A DNA stretch of 64,000 bases from an uncultured Candidatus Saccharibacteria bacterium (lineage in GTDB: Bacteria > Patescibacteriota > Minisyncoccia > Phycocordibacterales > UBA9973): NCBI GenBank assembly GCA_964622505.1, contig CAZUQJ010000001.1, positions 116,957 to 180,956 of the forward strand, given 5' to 3'. The notes beneath the pieces were generated by a model that worked only from the letters and a program-made list of their open reading frames with translations, was not told where the DNA came from and did no database searches. Of this stretch, positions 8,930-17,052 are shown in pieces. A program made the translations under genes and the position numbers. The stretch's first letter is position 1, and every line of letters starts with the position of its first letter.

Positions 8930-9346
8930 ATGTTACCAATAAATTTTTTGGCGATTATTGTGGCGGCAATTGCGGCTTTTGTTGTAGGATTTTTAATGCA
9001 TGGACCAGTCGGGGGTAAATTGTGGATGAAGTTGGCAAATATTGTGCCAACAGGCAAAGAGAAGTTTAGCGATATGGTGCCACAAATGTTGTGGAATTTA
9101 GTAGCAAATATTGTAATGGCTTCTGTAATATCTGTCATTTACTTATTTGCATCAACTTCAGATTATTTGGGTGTAGTTGGGGCAATGGGCGGTATTGTAT
9201 GTGCCTTTGTGATATGGGTCTTTGTTGTTGCAGGGTCTTCTATGGACGTAATCTGGATGGGAAAATCTAAAAAGTTGTGGATGTTTGAATGCTTATCGAC
9301 ACTATTGGTTATGGCCTCAATGGGAATTGTGATTGTAGCTTGGTAA
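8930..9346 (+). CDS. DUF1761-like membrane protein
   Basis: 138 aa with 4 TM segments and a Gly-rich N-terminal TM with HGPVGGKLW. Confidence 0.4.
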   Translation: MLPINFLAIIVAAIAAFVVGFLMHGPVGGKLWMKLANIVPTGKEKFSDMVPQMLWNLVANIVMASVISVIYLFASTSDYLGVVGAMGGIVCAFVIWVFVVAGSSMDVIWMGKSKKLWMFECLSTLLVMASMGIVIVAW

Positions 9347-9381
9347 CAAAATAAAAGTTGATTTCGTGGTATAATTTTTGG

Positions 9382-9780
9382 ATGAACAACTCATACAATT
9401 GGTATAGTACATTAATCAAGCCTACATGGTCGCCGCCTAGCTTCTTGTTTGGGCCAGTATGGACTTTCTTGTACATACTAATCACGATTTCATTCGGTAA
9501 AGTTTTTATGATGTTTTATCAGAAGCAAATTCCTTTTATTGTTGCGCTTCCTTTTGTGCTCAATTTAATTTTTAATTTTTCTTTCACTTATTTTCAGTTC
9601 GGGCTAAAGAATAATTTATTGGCATCTATTGATATTGTTCTAATACTAGCTACTCTCATTTGGCTAATGATAGCAATTTACCCATATGCTAAATGGGTTA
9701 CATATATTCAAATACCATATTTGTTGTGGGTAAGCTTCGCAACAATTTTGCAGCTAACAATTACTTATTTAAATAAATAG
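9382..9780 (+). CDS. tspO: TspO/MBR (tryptophan-rich sensory protein) family membrane protein. The start is placed at an internal Met; the ORF-track start is 9358 (TTG).
   Basis: KPTWSPPSFLFGPVWTFLY is the hallmark TspO motif. TGgTATAAT lies about 6 nt upstream of the ATG at 9382. Confidence 0.6.
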   Translation: MNNSYNWYSTLIKPTWSPPSFLFGPVWTFLYILITISFGKVFMMFYQKQIPFIVALPFVLNLIFNFSFTYFQFGLKNNLLASIDIVLILATLIWLMIAIYPYAKWVTYIQIPYLLWVSFATILQLTITYLNK

Positions 9781-9785
9781 TTCAG

Positions 9786-10241
9786 ATGCAGAAGAGGTTA
9801 AAAAATAAAAAAGATTTTGAAATAATCTTCAAACCTCAATTGACACCAAAAGAGATGCTAAAGCTCGGAGTCTTTGGTGGAGTCTATTTTAGTGATAAAC
9901 CAAACGAGTATCCAAAGAGCTGGTTTGCTGGAGTCAAATTTTCGCCAGATGGTAAACTACACAAAGAGTTAAATTATTTTGGAGTGAATGCTAGTCAGTC
10001 GCTCGCAGAGTGGAAACATAAAAATTGGATAAGCAAGGATGACCCTCGTGGATGGTTCCAGTGGTATTGTAGGTACTATATGGGCCGTCGCTTACCGAAA
10101 GAAGATACTCGTCAAATCAAAAGGTGGAAGGCAATTAGCCGGCACCTAGGCCAGATCAATGCCAATTGCAGAGCAGGTGATATAAACTGTCGTCCTCGCC
10201 AGCGCCAAGCATTGCTACATTGGGGATACAAGACCGTATAA
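9786..10241 (+). CDS. Conserved hypothetical protein (Trp/Arg-rich)
   Basis: Intact 151-aa ORF in gene-dense co-directional context. No motif recognised with confidence. Confidence 0.35.
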   Translation: MQKRLKNKKDFEIIFKPQLTPKEMLKLGVFGGVYFSDKPNEYPKSWFAGVKFSPDGKLHKELNYFGVNASQSLAEWKHKNWISKDDPRGWFQWYCRYYMGRRLPKEDTRQIKRWKAISRHLGQINANCRAGDINCRPRQRQALLHWGYKTV

Positions 10242-10292
10242 TGTGATATAATAATATTAGTTCTCTTATTAATTAGTGTAGATAATAAATAT

Positions 10293-10769
10293 ATGAAAAA
10301 ATTGCTAAAGGTTTCTGCTGTGCTTGCTATGGTTGCTGGTGTTGTTATGATTGTTGGTGGTTTGTGGGGTATTTCTTTTACTTATAAAAATATAGCTCAG
10401 GAGAAAATTGTCACTCCAGAAGATGCAAAGATTCCAAACGCTCAAGTGCGTGGACCTTTTACATTGATGGCTCAGTCAGATATTATCCGTGAGCATACTC
10501 TTCATACTACAGGTGGCAAGACATTTGCCGAGATGCCTCGCCAGATTGCAAAAGTTGATGCAAAAGGAGCACCAGTATTGGATGAAAAGGGCGAGCCTGT
10601 AATGGCACCAAATACAGTTCGTGATATGTGGGTTACTGCTACATCACTTACTACAGCATTACATCTAGCAGTATTCTCTTATGTATTCTCTAGCTTGATA
10701 ATTTTATTTGGATTGATATCTTTGTGGACAGGAGTCGTGTTCAACATGCTAGGTAAAAAGTCAGAATAA
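10293..10769 (+). CDS. Hypothetical membrane protein (N- and C-terminal TM segments)
   Basis: ORF with hydrophobic segments at both ends. Confidence 0.4.
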   Translation: MKKLLKVSAVLAMVAGVVMIVGGLWGISFTYKNIAQEKIVTPEDAKIPNAQVRGPFTLMAQSDIIREHTLHTTGGKTFAEMPRQIAKVDAKGAPVLDEKGEPVMAPNTVRDMWVTATSLTTALHLAVFSYVFSSLIILFGLISLWTGVVFNMLGKKSE

Positions 10770-10782
10770 TTATTTAATATAT

Positions 10783-10911
10783 ATGGCAAAAAAAGTAGTA
10801 AAAGTAAAAAAGGAGATTAAGCATGTGACCAATGACATGATGCACAACAAGAAGGAATTCGCTGTAAAGCACCCACCGAATTTAAAACCAAAAGGAAAGC
10901 GTGCAAAATAA
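10783..10911 (+). CDS. Small very basic protein (42 aa; MAKKVVKVKKEIKH…KPKGKRAK)
   Basis: Hand-translated ORF absent from the ORF track (under 60 aa). Lys-rich; starts 13 nt after the upstream stop. Confidence 0.3.
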   Translation: MAKKVVKVKKEIKHVTNDMMHNKKEFAVKHPPNLKPKGKRAK

Positions 10912-10982
10912 TTAGGACATATTGTGTAATTAGCGTATACTCATCCGAGTCGGTTTAGTACAACTAATTCACAAAAAAATAT

Positions 10983-11093
10983 ATGTCAGATGAAACAACA
11001 GAAGAAGTAACAACTCCTGAAGTAGAAATGCCAGTTGAAGCTCCAGCCGAAGAAGCTGAAGAAACTGCAACTACAGAAGAAGCTGCTGCATAG
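10983..11093 (+). CDS. Small very acidic protein (36 aa; MSDETTEEVTTPEVEMPVEAPAEEAEETATTEEAAA)
   Basis: Hand-translated ORF immediately followed by a strong intrinsic terminator. Confidence 0.3.
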   Translation: MSDETTEEVTTPEVEMPVEAPAEEAEETATTEEAAA

Positions 11094-11103
11094 TTTGTAA
11101 AAA

Positions 11104-11128
11104 ACACTCCGTGAGGAGTGTTTTTTTT
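11104..11128 (+). terminator. Rho-independent terminator
   Basis: acactcc-gtga-ggagtgt hairpin followed by T8. Confidence 0.7.
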
Positions 11129-11130
11129 GT

Positions 11131-11871
11131 ATGCTATACTACACTGATATGGAAAGAGCACGAGCCCCACTTACTCATCAACAGATGGATAATAATATAA
11201 AGAACTCTAAATTAAATTGGCTACGAGCGGCAGTGCTCGGTGCCAACGATGGAATAGTGTCTGTATCATCGGTGATTGTGGGTGTGGCAGGGGCATCAGA
11301 TTCACGAACTTTCATCCTCACAGCAGGATTTGCTGCATTGGTAGCTGGTGCATTGTCTATGGCTGTCGGTGAGTACGTTTCGGTGAGTACGCAACGGGAC
11401 ACAGAACGCGCATTGATTACAAAAGAGCAAATTGAGCTTGCACTATATCCAGACCAAGAACTCGAAGAGCTTGTAGTAATATACGAAAAAAAAGGCTTGT
11501 CTCGTGCTACAGCAGAAATTGTCGCAAAAGAATTTACAAACAAAGATGCCTTTGCCGCGCATTTGGATGCAGAGCTTGGTATTGACCCACATAATCTGAC
11601 CGATCCATTCCACGCTGCTTACGCCTCGGGCTTAGCTTTTTTGTCAGGAGCAATTATACCCATCATTGCTATTGTTGTGTCTCCGAAGTCAATTCAAATA
11701 CCTCTGACTTTTGCATCAGTAATTGTGGCATTAATTTTTACAGGGACATTAAGTGCACACGCAGGAGGTGCAAGCAAGATTAAGGCTACGATTCGTGTGG
11801 TTGTGGGTGGGTTGATGGCCATGATAATTACCTTTGGTATTGGTAAATTGTTTGGAGTATCTGGAATCTAA
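11131..11871 (+). CDS. VIT1/CCC1-family iron/manganese transporter
   Basis: LRAAVLGANDGIVS N-terminal motif and a multi-TM C-terminus. Confidence 0.7.
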   Translation: MLYYTDMERARAPLTHQQMDNNIKNSKLNWLRAAVLGANDGIVSVSSVIVGVAGASDSRTFILTAGFAALVAGALSMAVGEYVSVSTQRDTERALITKEQIELALYPDQELEELVVIYEKKGLSRATAEIVAKEFTNKDAFAAHLDAELGIDPHNLTDPFHAAYASGLAFLSGAIIPIIAIVVSPKSIQIPLTFASVIVALIFTGTLSAHAGGASKIKATIRVVVGGLMAMIITFGIGKLFGVSGI

Positions 11872-11893
11872 TTTTTATTTATTGAATCCTTTC

Positions 11894-12415
11894 ATGCTGT
11901 ATACTGTCAAAACAAATAGTGGATCAAAAAGTATACGTATTGCGGTGCATCAGGATGGATCGGTGATTGTGACGAAGCCTAAACGAGTTTCAAATCTTCA
12001 AGTCAAGTTTGTGGTTGCAAGACGAGCAGAGTGGATTAAACAGAAAATTGCAGAAATCAGCACAAGACCAAAAAGGTTACTGGCGCATTATTCAGCCAAA
12101 GATTTTAAAGAAAATAAACAGCAGGCCTATGTCGTAGCCCACAACAAGATCCTAGAGTTCAATCAATTTTATAAGTTCGCTATCGGGAAAGTTTTTATAA
12201 GAAATCAAAAGACAAGATGGGGAAGTTGTAGTGGTAAAAAGAATTTGAATTTTAATTACAAAATAGTATTTCTACCCGAAGAGCTTCAGGACTATCTCGT
12301 GGTCCATGAGCTCTGCCATTTAAAAGAGATGAACCATTCTCCTGGGTTTTGGGCACTCGTAGAACAACAAATATCAGATTACAAAATACGACGCAAAGAG
12401 CTTTTGAAATATTAA
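11894..12415 (+). CDS. YgjP-like (DUF45/M48-like) metal-dependent hydrolase. Start is placed at the internal Met; the ORF-track start is 11834.
   Basis: C-terminal HELCHLKEMNHSPGFW is an HExxH zinc motif typical of DUF45. Confidence 0.6.
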   Translation: MLYTVKTNSGSKSIRIAVHQDGSVIVTKPKRVSNLQVKFVVARRAEWIKQKIAEISTRPKRLLAHYSAKDFKENKQQAYVVAHNKILEFNQFYKFAIGKVFIRNQKTRWGSCSGKKNLNFNYKIVFLPEELQDYLVVHELCHLKEMNHSPGFWALVEQQISDYKIRRKELLKY

Positions 12416-12504
12416 TTTGCTTTTAAGCCTTGAAAATGCTAAGATGTCAATATATCGTAATAATTAACTAAATAAATATCCGCCTTGAGCGGAAGAAAAT
12501 ATAT

Positions 12505-13113
12505 ATGGGAAATTTTGATCGAGGAGGTAACAGAGGAGGAGGAGGCGGAGGCGGAGGATTTCGCGGTGGTAATAGTGGTGGCCGACCAAGCTTCAACAAA
12601 AAGCCTTGGGGTGGAAACGATCGTGGAGGCGACAAACGTGCAGAGATGCACAAAGCAACTTGCAGTGAATGTGGCAAGATGTGCGAAGTGCCTTTCCGTC
12701 CATCAAGCGACAAGCCAGTGTTTTGTAACGACTGTTTTAGTAGCAAGCGTGAAGGTGTAGATCGCAAGCCACGTGCAGATTTCAATGATCGTGCACCACG
12801 ACGTGAATTTGATCGTCCAGCACCAAGACCAGACATGGTTCGTGTTGCGCCAGCAAACGATGAAGTCAAAAATCAACTTCGTGATTTGAATTCTAAAATG
12901 GATCGTCTCGTAACTCTAATGGAAAAGATGACAAATTCATCAGCACCCAAGGTTGCACCAATGATTACAAAACCAGCTGAAGTGAAAAAGGTAGTAGTAG
13001 CTTCAAAGCCTGTTGCTAAAGTTAATCCGCCAGCTGGCGGAAAGAAAGTTGTAGCAAAAGCACCGGCAAAGAAGTTAGTAGCAAAGAAGCCTGTGGCAAA
13101 AAAGAAGAAATAA
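12505..13113 (+). CDS. Nucleic-acid-binding-like protein with a Gly/Arg-rich N-terminus, a C4 zinc ribbon resembling the YacG type, and a Lys/Ala/Pro-rich histone-H1-like tail
   Basis: GGNRGGGGGGGGFRGGNSGG; CSECGKMCEVPFRPSSDKPVFCNDCF (compare YacG CxxCGK…PFRPFCSxRC); C-terminal KKVVAKAPAKKLVAKKPVAKKKK. Confidence 0.5.
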   Translation: MGNFDRGGNRGGGGGGGGFRGGNSGGRPSFNKKPWGGNDRGGDKRAEMHKATCSECGKMCEVPFRPSSDKPVFCNDCFSSKREGVDRKPRADFNDRAPRREFDRPAPRPDMVRVAPANDEVKNQLRDLNSKMDRLVTLMEKMTNSSAPKVAPMITKPAEVKKVVVASKPVAKVNPPAGGKKVVAKAPAKKLVAKKPVAKKKK

Positions 13114-13121
13114 TAAAATCC

Positions 13122-13152
13122 AAAAAATACTTGTCCAAGACAAGTATTTTTT
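13122..13152 (+). terminator. Rho-independent terminator
   Basis: atacttgtc-caa-gacaagtat hairpin followed by T6. Confidence 0.7.
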
Positions 13153-13167
13153 GTTATAATTAAATTT

Positions 13168-15393
13168 ATGAGACTTACTTGGGTAAAATATATTTTTTTA
13201 TTGACTTTTGCTTTATTATTTGTGAATAATAAAACTTTTGCTGCAACAACTATTTTTTCGGATAGTTTTAATAATGATTATGGTGAATTATCGACCCATA
13301 CCCCTACAACAGTGGGTACTAGTTGGACGCGATTGGTAAACAACGGTGTCGACTTATATGTTCAAAGCTATAACAATCACGTAACCGTTCAGTCAAACTC
13401 AAGTAACCTTGGTTCAATTTATGTAGCCAACGGTACATATCCAGACGCTGATTACGAAATTTCGGCCGACGCTTTGTTTGCAGCAGGTGATTCTAACTAT
13501 CCTCGATCATTAATATTACGCGCTCAAGATTCTAGTAATATGTATTTGCTTCGTAGTACGAATACGACAATGACAATTTATAAAAGAGTTTCTGGTACGT
13601 GGACATCACTTGGTTCAGGCGGTAGTGTTGGATTATCTGATAATACAGTCTCACCGTACTATATTGCAACACTAACATTTAGTGCTGTAGGTACAACTTT
13701 GACAGGTAAAGTAAATGGAGTCACCAAAGTAACTGTAACTGATAGTAGTATTACAAGTGCTGGTAAGGCAGGTATTGGCTTGGGGTACACAGCAGTTTCA
13801 ACTGATGATGGAGGGACAGGGGTAGGGATAGACACTGTTTTGGTTCAGACCGCTACTTCAGATTCAACAGCACCAACAATTACATCTGTTTCCTCTGATA
13901 AAACGAACGGTTCGTATACTGTTGGCGAAGTAATTGATATTGATGTTACTTTTAGTGAAGCCGTCACATCAACAGGTGATGTAACAGTAACATTAGAGAC
14001 AGGCGCAACTGATCGGACATGTACATTTACTGTATCAAACAGTAGTACGGGAACTTGTAATTATACTGTTCAATCTGGAGACACAACAAGTGATTTAACT
14101 GTAAATACAATATCGGGCACAATTGCTGATCAATCAAGTAATGCAATGACTGATTTTGCATCTACAACCAATTTAGCAGCCAATAAGGCTTTAGTGATTG
14201 ATACTACCGACCCAACAGTGCAATCACTTGCACCAGCAGATAATGAAACAAATTTCTCGCCTACATCAGTTTTTTTGATGACATTCAACCAGGCAGTTGA
14301 TGTTGAAACAGGGAATATTACGATTAAAAAAACATCTGATAATTCTACAGTTGAAACAATTAGTGTAAGTGGTGGATTGGTTACAGGCACTGGGACAACT
14401 GTTATTACCATTGACCCGTCTACAAATCTTTCAGATCTTACAGAATACTACATTTTAGTAGATGCTACCGCCTTTGATGATGCCGCAGGTAATAGCTATG
14501 CTGGTATTAGTTCAACCACGGCATGGAGTTTTACAACAGGAGATATAACAGCACCAACAATTACATCTGTTTCCTCCGATAAAACGAACGGTTCGTATAC
14601 TGTTGGCGAAGTAATTGATATCGACGTAACTTTTAGTGAAGCTGTAACTTCTACTGGTAACGTAACTGTTACGCTTGAAACTGGTACAACTGATCAAACA
14701 TGTACATTTACTGTTTCAAACAGCAGTACAGGAACCTGTAATTATACTGTTCAAGCCGGAGACACGACCAGTGATTTAACGGTCAACACTATTTCAGGCA
14801 CCATTGCTGATCAATCTAGTAATGCTATGTCTAACTTCGTACCAACTACAAACCTGGCTGCGAATAAAAATATTGTTATTGATACAACCGTACACATAGT
14901 GTCATCCACTAGCACTTCAGCAAGTGCACGAGTTCAAAATTTAATTAATATGGGGAAAATACAAGAAGCTCAACAAGTGGCAAAAGAATTTCCTAATTCA
15001 GTTCCAAAAAATTTATTAAATAATAAATTAATTTTAATACCTGTAAAACCAATAGAAAATATACAAAAAATAACCCCCAAAATTACTGAAATTAAAAAAG
15101 AAAATAATTTAGCAAGAGTAGAGCCAATTGTAGAAAATATTTTGCCAGAAGTTAACACAAATACAGAATCAAAAAAGAAAAAAATAATAAATAAAACTTT
15201 AAAAAGTTCAATGATTGACCCAGAAGTTAAAGCCTTACAAGAGTTCTTGCAAATTGACCCGCCGACAGGAAAGTTTGGAGCATTAACTTATAAAGCAGTA
15301 ATTAATTTTCAGAGAAAAAATAATTTAATACCTGATGGTATTGTAGGCCCAAAAACAAGAGCAGTAATAAATAAATTACTTTACGAAGCATAA
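13168..15393 (+). CDS. Secreted cell-surface protein with a signal peptide, two near-identical Ig-like modules flanking an SbsA/Big_5-like Ig domain, and a C-terminal peptidoglycan-binding (PG_binding_1) domain
   Basis: N-terminal hydrophobic signal; the roughly 115-aa repeat APTITSVSSDKTNGSYTVGEVIDIDVTFSEAV… occurs twice; C-terminal …LIPDGIVGPKTRAVINKLL matches the PG-binding motif. Confidence 0.65.
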   Translation: MRLTWVKYIFLLTFALLFVNNKTFAATTIFSDSFNNDYGELSTHTPTTVGTSWTRLVNNGVDLYVQSYNNHVTVQSNSSNLGSIYVANGTYPDADYEISADALFAAGDSNYPRSLILRAQDSSNMYLLRSTNTTMTIYKRVSGTWTSLGSGGSVGLSDNTVSPYYIATLTFSAVGTTLTGKVNGVTKVTVTDSSITSAGKAGIGLGYTAVSTDDGGTGVGIDTVLVQTATSDSTAPTITSVSSDKTNGSYTVGEVIDIDVTFSEAVTSTGDVTVTLETGATDRTCTFTVSNSSTGTCNYTVQSGDTTSDLTVNTISGTIADQSSNAMTDFASTTNLAANKALVIDTTDPTVQSLAPADNETNFSPTSVFLMTFNQAVDVETGNITIKKTSDNSTVETISVSGGLVTGTGTTVITIDPSTNLSDLTEYYILVDATAFDDAAGNSYAGISSTTAWSFTTGDITAPTITSVSSDKTNGSYTVGEVIDIDVTFSEAVTSTGNVTVTLETGTTDQTCTFTVSNSSTGTCNYTVQAGDTTSDLTVNTISGTIADQSSNAMSNFVPTTNLAANKNIVIDTTVHIVSSTSTSASARVQNLINMGKIQEAQQVAKEFPNSVPKNLLNNKLILIPVKPIENIQKITPKITEIKKENNLARVEPIVENILPEVNTNTESKKKKIINKTLKSSMIDPEVKALQEFLQIDPPTGKFGALTYKAVINFQRKNNLIPDGIVGPKTRAVINKLLYEA
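13870..14217 (+). repeat. Intragenic direct repeat, copy 1 (about 340 nt, roughly 90% identical to copy 2)
   Basis: gcaccaacaattacatctgtttcctc… recurs at 14551. Confidence 0.7.
14551..14889 (+). repeat. Intragenic direct repeat, copy 2
   Basis: In-frame duplication 681 nt downstream of copy 1. Confidence 0.7.
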
Positions 15394-15429
15394 TTTTTGT
15401 GTTGTTTTGGTTATCCACAGCTTTAGGGC

Positions 15430-15458
15430 TTGCATGTGAACGAGCGTTCACGTATACT
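15430..15458 (+). promoter_or_regulatory. sigma70-type promoter (TTGCAT, 17 nt, TATACT) whose entire spacer is a LexA/SOS box GTGAACGAGCGTTCAC
   Basis: Perfect GAAC-N4-GTTC inverted repeat at 15438-15449 between the -35 and -10 elements, directly upstream of the lexA operon. Confidence 0.6.
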
Positions 15459-15464
15459 AGTTAC

Positions 15465-15674
15465 ATGAGCAAGGAACAATATATCAAAATTTTACAAAGA
15501 GAATTGATCAAGATCAACAAGGAGATCGACATGCGGATCATGGCTGGCGAGGCATATACCAAGCAAGCTCGCGACCACAAATTGCTCCTCCGCAAGATCC
15601 ACAACCATTACCACAAGAATTCCTTCAAGGGTCTCTTTGCCAAAATGTTCTCTGTGTCTCGTTTCCAATACTAA
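15465..15674 (+). CDS. Small coiled-coil protein (69 aa from the internal Met), first gene of the lexA operon. It is a candidate SOS-regulated factor.
   Basis: ORF lies between the SOS-box promoter and lexA and ends 5 nt before the lexA ATG. The ORF-track start 15399 (GTG) would place the SOS box inside the coding sequence. Confidence 0.4.
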   Translation: MSKEQYIKILQRELIKINKEIDMRIMAGEAYTKQARDHKLLLRKIHNHYHKNSFKGLFAKMFSVSRFQY

Positions 15675-15679
15675 TATAT

Positions 15680-16249
15680 ATGACACTCTCTGAATACAAA
15701 AATAAACTCGCAAATTTCCACTCATCTTCCAACAGGATGCCAACTTATACAGAGATGATGAAGCTCTTTGATTTCAAATCAAAGAACGCTGTCGCTCGAC
15801 TCGTAGAGAAGCTAGTAGATGCTGGTATTGTAGACAAGGACCCACTTGGCCGACTTGTACCTACCGATTCATTTTCAGATGTGCCACTCCTCGGACTTGT
15901 CAAAGCTGGATTTCCTTCGCCAAGCGAAGAGGTGCTCGAAACTACAATCAACCTCAACAACTTCCTTATTCAAAAGAAAGAAAAGACATATATACTGGAA
16001 GTTGATGGTGACTCAATGATCGACGCCCATATTGCTGATGGAGATATGGTGGTAGCAGAGCGCACAGAGAATGCTCGCGACGGGCAGATCGTGATAGCAG
16101 AAGTTGATGGGGAATATACCATGAAATATTTTCGCAAACTGGGCGCACGCATATGGCTTGAGCCAGCCAACAAAGATTTCAGTAATATTTACCCCGAGAA
16201 TGATCTTAAAATTTGCGCAGTCGTAAAAGGAGTGATTCGGAAATATTAA
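15680..16249 (+). CDS. lexA: LexA repressor (S24 peptidase)
   Basis: N-terminal winged-helix region; GDSM serine motif; AEVDGEYTMKYF with the catalytic Lys; 189 aa. Confidence 0.85.
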   Translation: MTLSEYKNKLANFHSSSNRMPTYTEMMKLFDFKSKNAVARLVEKLVDAGIVDKDPLGRLVPTDSFSDVPLLGLVKAGFPSPSEEVLETTINLNNFLIQKKEKTYILEVDGDSMIDAHIADGDMVVAERTENARDGQIVIAEVDGEYTMKYFRKLGARIWLEPANKDFSNIYPENDLKICAVVKGVIRKY

Positions 16250-16296
16250 TATTTTGGTGTATAATAAATATATTAGAAGTTTAAACATTTAATTTT

Positions 16297-16362
16297 ATGG
16301 GAAAAGGCGACAACAGACAAAGAAAAGAAGTAAAGAAACCAAAAAAGGTAGTAAAGAAATAG
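16297..16362 (+). CDS. Tiny Lys-rich ORF (21 aa, MGKGDNRQRKEVKKPKKVVKK) with its own -10 element and terminator
   Basis: TGTATAAT at 16258-16265, an ATG 31 nt downstream, and a terminator directly after the ORF. Confidence 0.2.
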   Translation: MGKGDNRQRKEVKKPKKVVKK

Positions 16363-16372
16363 TTTTTTAAAA

Positions 16373-16403
16373 AATCCTCAAGCAAAACTTGAGGATTTTT
16401 TGT
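16373..16403 (+). terminator. Rho-independent terminator
   Basis: aatcctcaag-caaaa-cttgaggatt followed by T6. Confidence 0.65.
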
Positions 16404-16458
16404 TGAAATAAAAAGCAACATTTTTGCTATTTAGTCAATATTTTGCTATAATACACAC

Positions 16459-17028
16459 ATGAAGATAACTAAAGCATTTTTTATAAAAGGTGTTGTTGGT
16501 ACAGACGAAATACTCGACGATGGTGTGCCACAGATAGCATTTATCGGGCGCTCCAATGTAGGCAAGTCGACAACTATAAATGCCATCACCTCACAAAACA
16601 AGCTCGCAATTACGAGCTCTTTTCCTGGCCGAACTCAACAGATAAATGTATTCTCTGTAAACAACTCAGTGTATTTTATGGATCTACCAGGCTACGGCTA
16701 TGCACGAGCCAGTGGCAAAGGGCGCGAGAAAATCCAAGAGCTGATCTACTGGTACTTTTTCAACTCACACTACGTCCAAAAGTATGTTGTGGTGATTATA
16801 GACGCTGAAGTTGGTCCGACAAAAGACGACCTTGAAATGCTCCACCATCTTGAAGTTGCAGGGAAGAGTGTTTTGATCATTGCCAACAAGATAGACAAGA
16901 TTAAAAAATCAGCATACCAAAAGCAAATGAATACTCTATCTAAACTTCTTCCCAAATACAAAATTATCCCTTTCTCGGCCCTGAAGAAGACCGGGGTTCA
17001 AGAGGTAATAGATACTATTCTTGCCTAG
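16459..17028 (+). CDS. engB: Ribosome-biogenesis GTPase EngB/YsxC
   Basis: GRSNVGKSTTINAI G1 motif and DLPGYGYA. TGcTATAAT lies 6 nt upstream of the ATG. Confidence 0.8.
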   Translation: MKITKAFFIKGVVGTDEILDDGVPQIAFIGRSNVGKSTTINAITSQNKLAITSSFPGRTQQINVFSVNNSVYFMDLPGYGYARASGKGREKIQELIYWYFFNSHYVQKYVVVIIDAEVGPTKDDLEMLHHLEVAGKSVLIIANKIDKIKKSAYQKQMNTLSKLLPKYKIIPFSALKKTGVQEVIDTILA

Positions 17029-17052
17029 TGTATTTCGTGTTATAATACTCAT

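Noticed and set aside
12468-12869. Pro/Arg-rich minus-strand ORF, with 12485..12760 (+) and 12439..12651 (-)
   Set aside because: These are shadow frames of the Gly-rich, Lys-rich gene 12505..13113. Repetitive GGN and AAR codons generate open frames on all strands.
14130-15158. Minus-strand ORFs 14130..14411, 14512..14697 and 14970..15158
   Set aside because: Antisense to the 741-aa surface protein gene; no independent support.
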